Position numbers and translations under genes: made by a program. The notes under the pieces are model-generated. The model had not been told where the DNA came from and did not search any database. It worked only from the letters and a program-made list of their open reading frames with translations. From Cyanophora paradoxa CCMP329 (lineage: Eukaryota > Plantae > Glaucophyta), in contig QPMI01000439.1 of the NCBI GenBank assembly GCA_004431415.1, positions 124,001 through 188,000 on the forward strand: DNA of 64,000 nt, given 5' to 3'. Positions 36,719 through 48,846 of the stretch are shown here, piece after piece (position 1 is the stretch's first letter; each line of letters opens with the position of its first letter).

Positions 36719-38552
36719 CTACCCGTCGTCGGCCTCGCTCAGGCCGCCGCCGCCGCCGGTGAAGAACGCAAGGAGCCCCGCATCCTCGTGGCCCGGGCGG
36801 GCCGCCGCCTGCGCCGCGAGGAACTCACCGCCGCCGGCCAGTATCTCGCCGCAGCGCCCGATGCGGGGGATGATCCAGCCCGTGACGCTGTGCGCGCCCC
36901 GGATCAAATTCGAATTCGAATTCGAATTCGGATCAAATTTGATCCGGGCGACGGACGGACCTGCTGGTGACGACGAGGCGGCAGGCGCCGGGGAACCACC
37001 CGGAGAAGATTCTCCCCGGCCCCTGATCCAGGAACTCCTTTCTGAAGCACAGGTTCTGCTGCCTCGCGCACCGCAGCATCTCGAAGGGGTAGCTGCGCGT
37101 GGGAAGGTCAGAGAGGGGGGAAAAAGGTCGCGGGGGGTACGCTAAACGCGCCTGGCGACGCTGCCGACGGCGCCGCCGACGCTGCCGGCGAAGACGGCGC
37201 GCGAGTTGGAGCCGCGGTGGCCGCCGGGCGAGCGGGGGTCCTCGGTCAGGTGCTGGAAGATCGCCATCATCGTCGCGTTGAAGACGCTGTTCCGCGCCAC
37301 GGTCCACAGCGAGCCCTTCCAAAAGGCAGAGAGTCCCTCCATCTCGTAGATCTGCCGCGCGGGGCTCGGGCCGGGCGGGCGGGCTGGCGGGCGGGCGGGC
37401 GGGCGGGGGGCGGGGTACCTTCCGGACGGCGTCCGTGGCGCCCCTGTACCCCAGTTCCGGCCTCTGGAGGCGAAATTTCACCAGATTGATCGGGTTTGTG
37501 ACCACGACTGAAGGACTCGGGGTCAGAGGGGCGGCCGGGGTGCGGGCCGGGCGGCGCGGCCGGGCGGACCTTCCAAGGCTCCCGTGACGGCGCCGACGAT
37601 GGCGGCCTGTGAGGAGTTCGCTTTGCTCATGTCCCCCTCCGCCTCGGGTACAAGGAGCTCCGAAGCCGCCACCTGCGCCCGGCTCGGCGCGGCTCGGGGC
37701 GGCGGGGTTGGCGCGCGCGGAGCCCCGACGCCTGCGCACCATGATCCCGTAGTGTAGCGTTCCTTTAGGAATGGCGCCAAGCATCGCCACGGGGAGGCTC
37801 CTGCACGCGCGCGCGCGCGGCCGCAGTGAGAAGGCCGGTCGACGGCTGCGCGCGCGGGAGGCCGCAGGAGCTAGAGGAGGATCACGGCGCGTTTGGATGC
37901 GCAGCTAGACCACTTCGCGCATGGTGGAAGCTGGAACGCGGTGGGAGGTGGGGAAGCGAAGTGGTAGGTGGTCTCAAGCGGCGCGGCGGAGAGAGAGCGC
38001 ATATGAACGGCGTGTTGGCGGTTCTATGTGGATTATGAACAGAACTTGTTTAAAAGAGCCTTTACCTGTACAAAGCCTTCTGCCGCCACAGGTCTGAGGG
38101 GGAGGTCAGCCAGCTGCCGGGACACGTGCGGATCGCCACGCGGCGAACCTACAAAGTTGGCCGTGAACATCCGGCCGTTGATCTGAGTCTGAGTAATTGC
38201 CGCCTCTGCGCCCCGGTCGGTGACGCCGCGCATCGTCAGCAAAGTGCGGAGGCGCACCCACGGGTATAACGAGCGGTTGCTCCATCGCCGCATGCACGCA
38301 GCCAGCTACTGCGCTTGCCAATGCCGATTTGGAGAGCCTCCAAGGCTGTCGCCGCCGCGCGCGCGGGTGCAGCCCGGGCTCCGCACTGACCACCGCATGG
38401 GCGACTACTCTGGGCGCAGGACGAGGTTTTGGCCTTGCTCGCTGCCGCATCTTTCTCGTGCCGGCTGCTCCTGCTGTTACTTGGTTGCTGTTGTACCCTC
38501 GGTCGTCAAAAAAAGTCGGAGCGCAGACTTCGCGGGGCCGCGGAGGCGACAT
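36719..38552 (-). CDS. Mitochondrial carrier (SLC25) family protein
   Basis: Three degenerate Px[DE]xxKxR repeats: LYPWVRLRTLL, TNPINLVKFRLQ..GYRG..DAVRKIYEMEGLSAFWKG and SYPFEMLRCARQ. Start codon uncertain. Confidence 0.8.
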
Positions 38553-38857
38553 CTAGTTAGGCTTAGCTGTACGATCAGGTCGGCTGCCGCCACAGGCGAG
38601 GTGAGAACCCCTGTGCCCCGACGAAGCCCGACCGGGCAACGTCATCCCCGACCTGGCGCGGGCTCCAACATGCCTGTAGATATATATGTGGTACGAGTCT
38701 GAAAGTGCAGCGAGTGATCGTGGGCCTTCGTGGCGCGCGCAGGTACTGCTGGTGACAACGCTGGAGTTGCAGGAGGTTGTAAACCTCAGGACCAGTAGGT
38801 AGGGCACCGTAGGGGCAGCCGGCTCGGCCCTTGCGAGCAAGGTGGGCCAGCTGCAGC

Positions 38858-41800
38858 ATGAGCAGCGCGGAGGGCCTCTGGCGCAGGCGGCAGCTGCCGG
38901 CGGCGGCTGCCGTGCCACTTCCGCTGCTGGCCGTTCTCCCGAGCGGGCCAACATCGGAGGCGGGAGAAGTGTGGCGCACGCCTCGGAACAATGAGAGGAG
39001 ACGCGGGGGCGGCTGGGTGCAGGCGGCGTCCGACCACGGCCACGAACCCGCCGAGCGCCCCCGAGCCGCGCCGCCAGCCGTGACGGGCTTCAGAACGGAG
39101 GCGGATCAGCATGCAACAGACTCTCCGAGGTCCGCTCGCTGCGATCCGGCGGCCGGTTCCTTTCTTTCCGTTCCTTTCCTCAGCGAGCCGCGCAGCTCGA
39201 AGCGCGCGGAAGCCGCGCCGGGCGGGGAGCAGGAGCGGCGGTCGCCCGGCTCGAGCTCAAACTCGGACACGACCGGAAGGAAGACGCCGGCGGCCCTTGT
39301 GCCCGTGGAACCCGTCTGGGAGAGCGCGGTCGTCGTGGCCAGCAGCGGCGCCAGCACCGGCGGCGGCGGCGGCGGCGGCGGCGGGAAGGAGGGGAGCGAC
39401 GTGTCCCCGGTCGTGCGGCTGAACGAGGACGCTTTGAAGCCGCACGCGCACGCGCACGCGCCGCAAGAGACGGAGGCGCCGCGCTCGAGGGCCGGACTGC
39501 CCCCGCGGCACGCGAACGGCAGCATGAGCCGGCGGCCCAGCGTCATGAGCGTCGGCAGCCGGAGCAGCTCCTTCATAAAGGATCCGGCGGGGGCCCGTCG
39601 CGCCTCCGCGGTCGGCGGCGGACTTGTGCGCTTCCTCCTCCTCCTCCTCCTCTCCTTCATCCCCTCTAACTCGCCTTCTCTTCCTCGTTCCTTCTTCTTC
39701 CCAGGAGAAGGACGAGGCGGCGGTCGTGGCGGAGCGGGCGGCGGAGGCGGACGAGGTGACGACGGAGGAAGGGCTGCTGGACTGGCTCGCCACCGCTCTC
39801 CGCGTCCTCCTCGGCACCGGCAAGCAGGCGCGTTCGTCTGCGTGCGGTACCCCGGGGACAGGGGGGTGGGGGCGGGATAGGTAGAGCAGGCGCCCCGCCG
39901 CTCGCTCGCGCATCTCGAGAGCCTGGCGCCCGCCCCGCCCCGCCACGCCCTTCCCGACCTTCTCCCCTTCCGGAACCACGCGCGTGCTCGCGCGCGCTCT
40001 CATCCAAAGCACCCTAGGCGCCGCCGATCAGCTAGAACCCCGCCCCGCCCTGCCCCTCCTGACCTTCTCCTTCCTTCTCTGCAGGCGATCCTCTCGCCGA
40101 TGGCGATCCTGCGGAACCGGAACAACCACCTCCGCTCCATCAACGACATGAACTTCTTCCTCGCGACCGTCGGCGTGCGCCCGTTCTTTTGTGTGCGCCA
40201 CGAGGGCTCTGGCTGAGGGCCTGCCCCTCCCTTCGTTCGCAGGTGGCGGCCTTCATCGCGGAGACGGAGATCGCGCGGCGGGGCCTCAAGGAGACGAGCG
40301 TTCACCTCCGCAACCTCTGCCACGCCCTCGGCTTCCTCCAGGTACTCCCCCGGGCGCCCCCCCCCCCCTCGAAATCAGCCGACGCGCCGCGCCGCCGCCT
40401 CCGCGCAGAGCTTCTCGACGGCTCTGCTGCTCTATTTCATCGTCCGTATGTACCTCACGCGCCTCCACATCATGCGGGTCAGCGGGAAAGAGGGGGGGGG
40501 GGGGCTAGGGTTGGCGCGGCGCCTGACCGGGCCGCCCTCGCTCAGATGAACCCGATCCTGTCCGGGGTAAACCTTTTCACGTCGGGGCTCTGGCGACGCA
40601 TGCTCCTCGAGCTCCTCGTCTGCCTCATCCACGTACCCCCCTTCATCGACTTCCACGTGCGCGCCGCGGCTGCCGGCCCCCCCTCCCCCCGCCCCCTCTC
40701 CCTACCCCTCCCCACCCCAACCCACCCACCCCGTTCCGTTCCCGCCCGACCCGACCCCCCCGGCAGGCCGGATTCGAGGACATTTTCGACAACAAGAACG
40801 ACGGCTGGAGCGAATGTGATCACCCCCTCCTTTCCCCCCCCCCCCCCCCGTCCGCTGCCCGCCTCCTGTACCCCTCTTCTTTATCCATCCCCTCCTCAGA
40901 CGACATCCACGTCGTCGGCCTCCTCATGTTCATGCGACTCTGTACGCCGCACCCCGCCCCATCCCATTCTCCCCCGACGCCCGCCCGCCTGACGCCCCCG
41001 CCCTCCCCCCCCCCCCCCCCCCCCCGCCCCTCCCTTTGCCAGACCTCGTGACGCGGGTGCTGCGCGACCACTCGCGGATGTACAGCACCTGCGCCCGCTT
41101 CGTCTCGTCGCTGAACAAGGCCCGCCCGGATTCGACCCCGCGCCCGCTCGAGCTTCGGGGCGTCTGACTTATGACGCGTTTCGCCCCCCCCCCCCCCCCC
41201 CCCCCCCCCCGCCCCGACAGATTTCCATCGACTTTCCCTTCGGTGCGAGCAAAGCGTCCGGCCTTACCCCATATCCTGTACCCTGACGCCACCCCCACCC
41301 CCACCCCCCGTCCAGTCCTCAAGTCGCTCTTCGTCAAACAGCCACTGCGGACGATGACCGTGCGCCTCTACCCCCGCCCCCTCCACCCCCCCACCCCCCC
41401 CCCACCTCGCCTGAGGGATCTTTTTCAGGTAATCATCTGCGCGAACCTGATGGTCTCGAGCTACTGCCTGCACATTGCCGAGGTGCTTCGGACGGGGCCG
41501 GCGGCGAACCGCCCGCGCGCCCTCCGCGCGCCCGCCCCGCGCGTTGTGTGCGCCTCCTCCTCACGCCGGGCGCCCGCCGGCGCCGCCGCCGCAGGTTTCG
41601 GCGCAGCCGGACCTGGGGTACAGCGAGTCGCTCTGGATGCTCTTCATCGCCTCGGCCACCGTCGGCTTCGGCGGTGCGGGCGCCCCCCTTGCTACTCCTC
41701 CTCGCCCCCCTCACCCCTACCCCTACCCCTCCCCCTCCGGTCAGACGTGGTGCCGCACACGTACATCGGGCGGACGATCGTCGCCGTCGCCGTCGTCATC

Positions 41801-44173
41801 TCCACCGTCACCACCGCGTCCGCCCCGCCCCGCCCCAGCCCCGCCCCGCCCCGCTCCTAGAGGCGTCCCCGCCCCGCTTCCACCCTCTCCCGCCCCGCCC
41901 CGCCCCGCCCCCGCTCCTAGAGGCGTCCCCGCCCCGCTCCGCCCCGCCCCGCCCCGCCTAGAGGCACTAGGGGAGGAGCTAGCCCAGGCTCCCCCCGCCC
42001 CGTCTCCACCCCGCCCCGCCTCGCCGACGCCGGCACGGCCCCGCCGACTCGGGCCCCGCCCCCCCCCCCCAGGCTGGTGGTGGCGATCGTGAACCAGCAG
42101 CTGCGGATGTCGGACGACGAGTGGCGCATGTTCCACATCCTCGAGTCCGCCAACGCCCGCGCCGTCATGCGCGCCAACGCCGCCCGCTGCATCCAGGTCC
42201 CCTCGAGCCCCGCCCTCGCTCCTCGATTGCCTGCCGCCGGGCGGCCGACCCGGCGCCCCTCCCCCGCGCGGCAGCTCTTCTGGCGGCGGCGGAAGCGGGG
42301 CCTGGAGCACTACGCGGCGCTGCAGCGGATGCGCGAGTCGCGGCGGCGGCTCATCACCGTCGAGCGCGAGGTCTCCGTCGGGCCCGCCCTCGTCGAGATC
42401 CAGGTGCCCCCGCGCCCGCCCGCCCCGTGGCGTAGCCTGGTAGAGCTAGCCTGGCCCTGTTCCCGCTCCAAGACGTGCGCTAGAGCGCTGCGCGAGAGAC
42501 AGCCGCGCTGCACCTAGCGTCCATCTAGCGTCCGTCGAGCCGCTCGCTCCCGGCGCGTCCGCCGCTTCTGATGCCGCCCGACGCCCCGCGCCGCGAGCAG
42601 GTGGCGCTGCAGAGCGTGCTGCGGATCCTGGACCCCGACGACGAGCTCTTCGAGGAGGAGGAGGAGGAGGAGGGCGGCGGCGGCGCCGGCTCCGAGGCCG
42701 GCTCCGTGACCTCCGGGCGGGATCGGGAGCGGGAGAAGGAGAAGGACGAGGCGGGGTCGGTCGCCGGCTCCCACTCGCACTCCCACTCGGGCGGGCACAG
42801 CCACCACGGGGGCTCGCACCACGGCCACCACCAGCAGCGCGCGATGACGCGCAGCGTGACGATCGTAAGGCGGCGCGCCCCCGCGCACACCGCCACGCCC
42901 TCCAAGCAGCGGGCAAGCCGCCCGCCCTCGCCGCTGGCGCTCAACGGCGCGGCCGAGAAGGAGGAGGAGGAGGAGAAGGGCAAGGGGAGGGGGAGGGGGT
43001 CGGACGGCCCTGTACCCCCCGAGGCCGGGGCGCCGCCCCCGCCGCCCGCCCCGCAGCCGCAGCCGCAGCCGCAGCCAGAACCGCAGCCGGCGGCGGCCCC
43101 GCCGCCCGAGCCGGCGCAGAGCAAGGGCCGGTTCAGCCCTCCGACTCCCCCCGCCCCGGCCCCGGTCCAGCTCCCGGCCGGGCCCCCGGCCCCCGCCCCG
43201 GCGGGCCCCCTGGAGCGGATCAAGAGCCTCTCCAAGGGACCCAAGTCCCTCTCCTCGAGCAGCCTGCCCGTACCCAGCTCCCTGCGCGTGTACCCCTCCG
43301 AGGCGTCGCCCCCCCGGGACCCCGCGCCCCGCATCACGTCGACGTCGCCCCGGTCCCTGGGAGTCATCCCGGAGCGCCGCTTGGCGCCCTCGGCGGCGGC
43401 CGGGGCGGGGGCGGCCGGGCCGTCGGCGGTCCCGGGCCGCCGCGGGCGGCGCGGCTCGAACAACGGGGGCCCGGGGCGCTGGCGCTGCTGCCGGCGAGCC
43501 CTGCCCACGACCTCCTCTCGACCATCGATGCCGCCGAGCCCGTGTACAGGTGACCGCTCGCCTGCCTCACCTGAGCCCGCCTCGCCCGAGCCGTTCAGCG
43601 GCCACCTGAGCGGCCAGCTGACCGCTCGCCCGCCCCGCAGTATCCCGCACCGCTCGCTGATGGCCGCGGCGGCGCTGGCGGCGCCGGCGCACTCTCCCGG
43701 GGGCGCGCTGGGCCGCCGGCCGGCGCAGGAGGTGCGCGGGGCCGACGGGGTCTGGCAGTCGCGCCGGGGCGGCCCGCCCCCCGCCATCCGACTGGACGAG
43801 CTCTCCTCCCGGACCCCGGAGCGCCGCGAGGTCCCCGAGACCTGGGCCCGGGGTACCGTCCTCCGGGCCGCCGGCGCAGGCGCCGGGGCCGGGGCCGGGG
43901 CGGGGGCCGGCCCGGCCCGGCGGCAGCAGGGCGGGGGCGAGGTGGGGGCCCTGGCGGGGCGCGTGGCGGGCATCGAGGCCAAGCTGGACACCCTCACGTC
44001 CCTCCTCCAGCGCCTCGCCCCGGCCCCCGCCCCGGCCCCGTGCGCGCTTGCTTCTCGTCCTCGTCGTTGCCCTTCCGTCTTCTTGTCCTTGTTCTTTTTA
44101 TCTCATACGAGCTCGCAGGCCTGCGGAGGCGGCCCCCGCGCCGGCGCCGGCGCCGCGGCCGACGACGCCGTAA
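38858..44173 (+). CDS. Small-conductance Ca2+-activated K+ channel (SK/KCNN-like)
   Basis: LELLVCLIHVPP, MFMRLYLVTRVLRDHS, ARFVSSLNKISIDFPFVLKSL, YSESLWMLFIASATVGFG|DVVPHTYIGR (TVGFGD filter), ALVVAIVNQQL, and a CaM-binding-like NAARCIQLFWR. Long low-complexity tail. Confidence 0.9.
41821..41963 (+). repeat. Intronic tandem repeat, ~3 degenerate copies of CCCCGCCCCGCTCCTAGAGGCGTCC
   Basis: The unit core CTCCTAGAGGCGTCCCCGCCCCGCT recurs near 41854 and 41914, with a partial copy near 41957. Confidence 0.7.
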
Positions 44174-44616
44174 ACAGACGGCGCCTCTCGGCGCCCGTTG
44201 TTCAGCTCTGTAACGACATGCCCTCTCCTCGTTTCTTCTCCTGCTTCTTCTTCTCTTTCACGGTCTGCGACCTGGAGCACTAGTCCTCGTCTGCTCCGTT
44301 GTCTTTGGGCGACCGGCCGCGGGTCGCGAGCCTTCCGTTTTTTCCTTTCCAGTTTTGCGAGATCAAAGCATGTATGGCATCCATTTGCATGGTATTTAGG
44401 GTTCGTTCGGCATTCGCTTATTATCTAGTCTGAGATTCGATCGTGGGATTCGATCGCCGCATCTCCTCCGCAACGCCATGTGTATTCTTCATGATCAAGA
44501 CCTCTTGTATTGGGTATTTGTACTTTCTCTATGTTCTTTAAATAATAGCATAAACATCGATACCGCCGGCGCAGCCGTCGCTCCGACGGCTCTTGAGCGG
44601 CTGCCTTGTACTAGTA

Positions 44617-47600
44617 CTAGTGGTACCGCTCCTGGGGGCCGGGGCGCTCGAGGGACGCCCGGCGTGCGAGCTGGGCGTGGGAGCTCGAGAGCGGCGCCGG
44701 CGCCTCGGCCGGCGCCGCTTCGGGCCACACGTGGAGCGCGCCCGTGCCCGTACCCCCCTCGAGCTTGCGATCGCCCGCGCACGCGCCGACGTCGACGTCG
44801 TTCAGCTCCTCCTCTACCCCCGAGCGGGGGGATACGCGGTCCCGGTCCCCGTGGCCGGGTACCCCCCCGGGGGCCGCCTTCTCCTCCGGGTCCAGAGCCT
44901 CGATGTGGGAGGGGGAGAAGAGGCGGGGTAGCACGTGCGTCCGCAGGGGTACCAGCACCGCGATGAGGACCGGGAAGACGATCCCGGCGGGGGTACTGCG
45001 ATTGCGATTCCAGTCGGTAAGGGCGGGGGTACGGGGGCGGCTGCAGGAATTGGTTACCGAGTGATTCCAAAGATAGCGGCAACGGCGGCGATCTGTGGGG
45101 CAGGGTCGGGACTGCTCAGCGGCTCGAAACGCGCCTGTACCCCGCACCTGCACGGCCGTGAACGCGGCGGAGGGTCCGTACGGGACCTTCCGGACGATCT
45201 GGGGTACCGGTTCGTTTTAGGAACGGTATGGAAAAAAAGGGGAGAGGGATACGCGGACCTCGTCGCCGCGCTCGCGCAGCGCGCGCTGGTCGCTCACGAT
45301 CCTCATCGTCCGCTCGGCGAACTGCGTTCAGATCCGCGCAGGTCAAATTTAGGGCCCGGGAGGGGTACGGGATTGAGTCCTAGGCCTGGGGGGTACCTGG
45401 TTCCCGTGGAACGAGGCGAAGCCCATGAAGAGGAAGACGCCGTCCAGGACCGAGAGGGGTACGAGGCTGCGGGGCGTAAAGTTAGGAAAGGAAAGAAAGG
45501 AACGAAAGGGGGGTACAGGAGCGCACGCAATGGCGGGGAGGGCAGCGAGGGAGAGGCCGCACAGGAGCGCGACGAGGAGACCGCTCACCCGCTGCTCGTG
45601 CACCTGTACCCCCCGATGAGACGAGGGGACGGGAGCGGGCGGGGCAGGGGGTACAGCGGACCTTGCGCCAGCGCTCGCCCTTGCGCGGGGGCGGAGGGGG
45701 CGGCGCCTCGAGACCCTCCGTTTCCCCGCCCCCTTCGGGGGCCGGCCGCCGCGCGGGGGCCTCCGATCGGCCGGGAAGCTGCGAAGGACGCAGCGTCTCA
45801 ATAGGAAGAGGAGGGGCGGAGGGGGAGGGGATGGGAGGGGGGTACATCGTCCTCGATCTCGGCGAGGGAGCGGACGTGTAGGGGGGCCTGGGGTATGAGC
45901 CCTGCCGGCCGGCCGGTCGGGGGGGTACGGGCGTTCGAATGGGTACGGGAGGGGTACCGTTGACGGGGGGCGCGCCGAGGAAGGAGACGGGTAGGAAGAG
46001 GAGTCCCACGACGAAGAACTGGATACCCGGCGGGTCAAGGCAAGGGAAGGGAAGGAAGGGCGGGCGGAGGGCGACGGAGGGACGAGCGGATGGCGTCTAG
46101 GGTTCTAGAAGGGCGTCTAGAAGGGCGCAGGGCCGCGCGTCGCACGTCGAGGTGGTAGGCGGAGGGCTTTCGCAGGCCGAACTCCGGCCGCTGCGGGGCG
46201 CGAGTCAGGCGAGGGAAGGGCGCGTGGAGGAGCGGTGGAGAGAGCTCGAGGCTGAGAATAGAAGAAAGCCGGTTTCTGAAACTAGAGCCGGATCGAGCTT
46301 CAGATCGTTTAGGGTTCGTGATGAGAGAAAGAGAGGGAGCGGGGAGCGGGGGCGGGGGCGGGCCTGGGAGAGGAGGGAGGAGACGTTGTGGTCGAAGAAG
46401 AAGAGGACCGTCAGGATCGCCGCCGGGAAGACTGGCGGCGCAGGTTAGCTTGGGCTCGGCGGGGGCCGGGCGGGGGCGGGGGCGGGGCGGGCGCACTGGC
46501 GGCGAAGGGCGCCCAGACGGGGAGGTCCGTGTAGCTGCGGGGGTACGGCGATCAGAAGGGGAGAGGGTGAGGGGGGAACGAACGAGGGGCGGGGGGGGGG
46601 GGGGGGGGGGAAGGCGCACTTGAGGGACCAGGAGCGGGAGGCGGTGGGTGCGAAGGAGGGGGGTACGGGGATCCGCGCGACGCGCCTGCGGGGGACTCAG
46701 CGTGAGGTGGGGTACCGCGCGAGGACGGCCGCGTGCCGGGGTACTCACATGCCCGCGGAGGAAAAGACGGGGAGGTACGTGAATCCGGTGAAGATCAGCT
46801 GCGGGGGGTACGCCCTCTCAAAAAGGGGTACTGGGTGCGGAGAAGGGTACGGCGCACAACGGCGAGGAAGGCGCCGTAGTCGGCGATGACGTTCCGGAGG
46901 GTTCTGCGGGGTACGGCGTTCGAGCGCGAGAAAAGAGGGGTACCCCGGGCGGCGCCGTGGCTCGCCTGGTGAGTAGGGCGGAGGACCGGAGCCCCTCGAG
47001 CCACTGGGGGTACGGGGCGGCCGCCTCAGACGTGCCTCAGGCGCCTCAGACGGCGCGGGGCTCACCTGAGCGAGCCAGCAGGTCCCGAGGGCGACCAGTA
47101 CCCACAGAAGGGCCTCGTCGTTCCTCCTACCCCCCTCGAACTGGGCGGCCATCTGCCCGGAGAGGAGAAATGAGGATCTGATCGGGCGCGGGTTCGAATC
47201 CGGGCGGCGCACGTTCTCGACGGCGGTGGCGAGGTACACGATTCCGATGTACACGCCGAAGACCTCGCAGCTAAATCTGGAAGGGGCGTTAGAACGAGAG
47301 AGGGGAAAGGGGTTACGCGAAGCGCCGCACCGCGTGACGAGGCGGATGAGGGAGCAGAGGTTGAATAGGGCGAGGAGCACGTGCATCAGGGCGCTCCTGA
47401 GGGGGTACGTGTTCATTCGAGCAAGGGTGCGCGAAGGGGCTTGGGGGTACCAGATTCCGACCCAGAAGAGGAAGGGGAGGAACTGGTCGTCTCGAAAGTT
47501 CACCAGCTTGAGGATTCTGGTCGGTGGGGGTACCGAGTTCAGGGCCAGGCCCCATAGTGGGGGGGGGGGGGGGGGGGGGCTCACGTGAACATGGTCTGGC

Positions 47601-47825
47601 AGAAGATGGAGACGGGGCCCGTGACCTGCGGGGGGTACCCGTTCGCGTGGGCGAGCGAAGCGGGTACCGGCGAGGGCGGTTGCGGTACCCCCAGGATGAC
47701 GAGTGGCTGGCCCGCGATCAGCGAGAAGATCGCGACGGTTATGCACGTCGAGAGAATGACCTGCGCAGGCGCGCGGCGCGAGCTCAGAACGGATGCGATG
47801 CACTCTTGGACAGGGCGGGGAGGAT

Positions 47826-47856
<31 letters not shown>

Positions 47857-48314
47857 GCCTCGACCGTCCCGATCTGCCCATTCGTCTTGCTGTCCAGGAA
47901 AGACCCGAACGTGACCTGGCCCGGGCGCGCGTTAGACGAGCCGGGCCGGGCGCGGGCGAGCTCGAGCAGGGGCGAGGCACCGCCGGCGAGATGGAGGAGA
48001 TGAACGTGAAGACGGCGCCCGAGAGCACTGCGCGGCACGCTGAGCTCGCGACGCGTGCTCTGCAGCGCCGGGGCGCCGGCCCAGCGCTGCGGGCACCTTT
48101 GTGATGCAGGCCATCCCGAAAGTCGCTCCAGTAGAGCGGGAGGCGGTTCCGCAGGTCGGTCGCGATGCCGGCGCCGAACCTGCAAGCGAAGGCAGGAGGT
48201 CGTCAGCGCGCGTGGCTTGCGCGCCTTGCGTCGCGCGGGGTCGCAGACGCGAGGCGCTGAACGCGGCGACCCGAGCGCGCGCATGCCCCCGCACCTGCGA
48301 GATTGCCGAGCCAT
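44617..48314 (-). CDS. SLC4-family anion transporter, BOR1/SLC4A11-like (borate/bicarbonate)
   Basis: FGAGIATDLRNRLPLYWSDFRDGL, SPAVTFG, FSLIAGQPLVILGVTGP, VTRFSCEVFG, IADYG, LFFFDHNVS, LRKPSAYHLD, VHEQRVSGLL, VLDGVFLFMGFASFHGNQF and AGIVFPVLI. No large cytosolic N-domain. Confidence 0.93.
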
Positions 48315-48846
48315 CAGAGTGCGCGCTGGCCGATCGAATGCATGGGACGATGGCTGGTGCCAGCGAGCTATGAGCGGGGCCGCGGGTTGAGCTCGAGGAT
48401 TGCTTGGCACCGCACGCGCAGGCTGAAGATGATTGCTCTCGTACTCCTGGAAGCCGGGAAGTCAAGGCAGGACTGGAAGCCCGACGACGTCGACGTACCC
48501 CTGCAGCGGGGCGTGCGCGGCGTAGGGAGCGGGCCAGCCGCTGTTCAGAGACCAGATCCGCTGTCCAGTCGCTTCATTGACGTGGCTCGGCGCTCCGTCG
48601 GCTCGCAATTGCCATTCGCCGGTCCGGTCCGCGAGCTCGACAATACGCGTGTCGACCGCGAGCCATCCGCGGCCCCAGCCTTCCAGGGTTCGTGTGCGAG
48701 CTCTCGTGCATCTTTAGTGCATCTTTAGGAAAGATCTCGCCGAGAGTCGGCAGTCGACCCGGTCCTGTCAAATGCAACCCGCGCGCGGCCGGCCGCGCGG
48801 CCGGCCCGAGATCTTTGCTAAAAACATCGCGCCTTGCGAAGCTCAG

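Noticed and set aside
42525-43997. 490-aa minus-strand ORF
   Set aside because: Antisense to the low-complexity tail of the SK channel.
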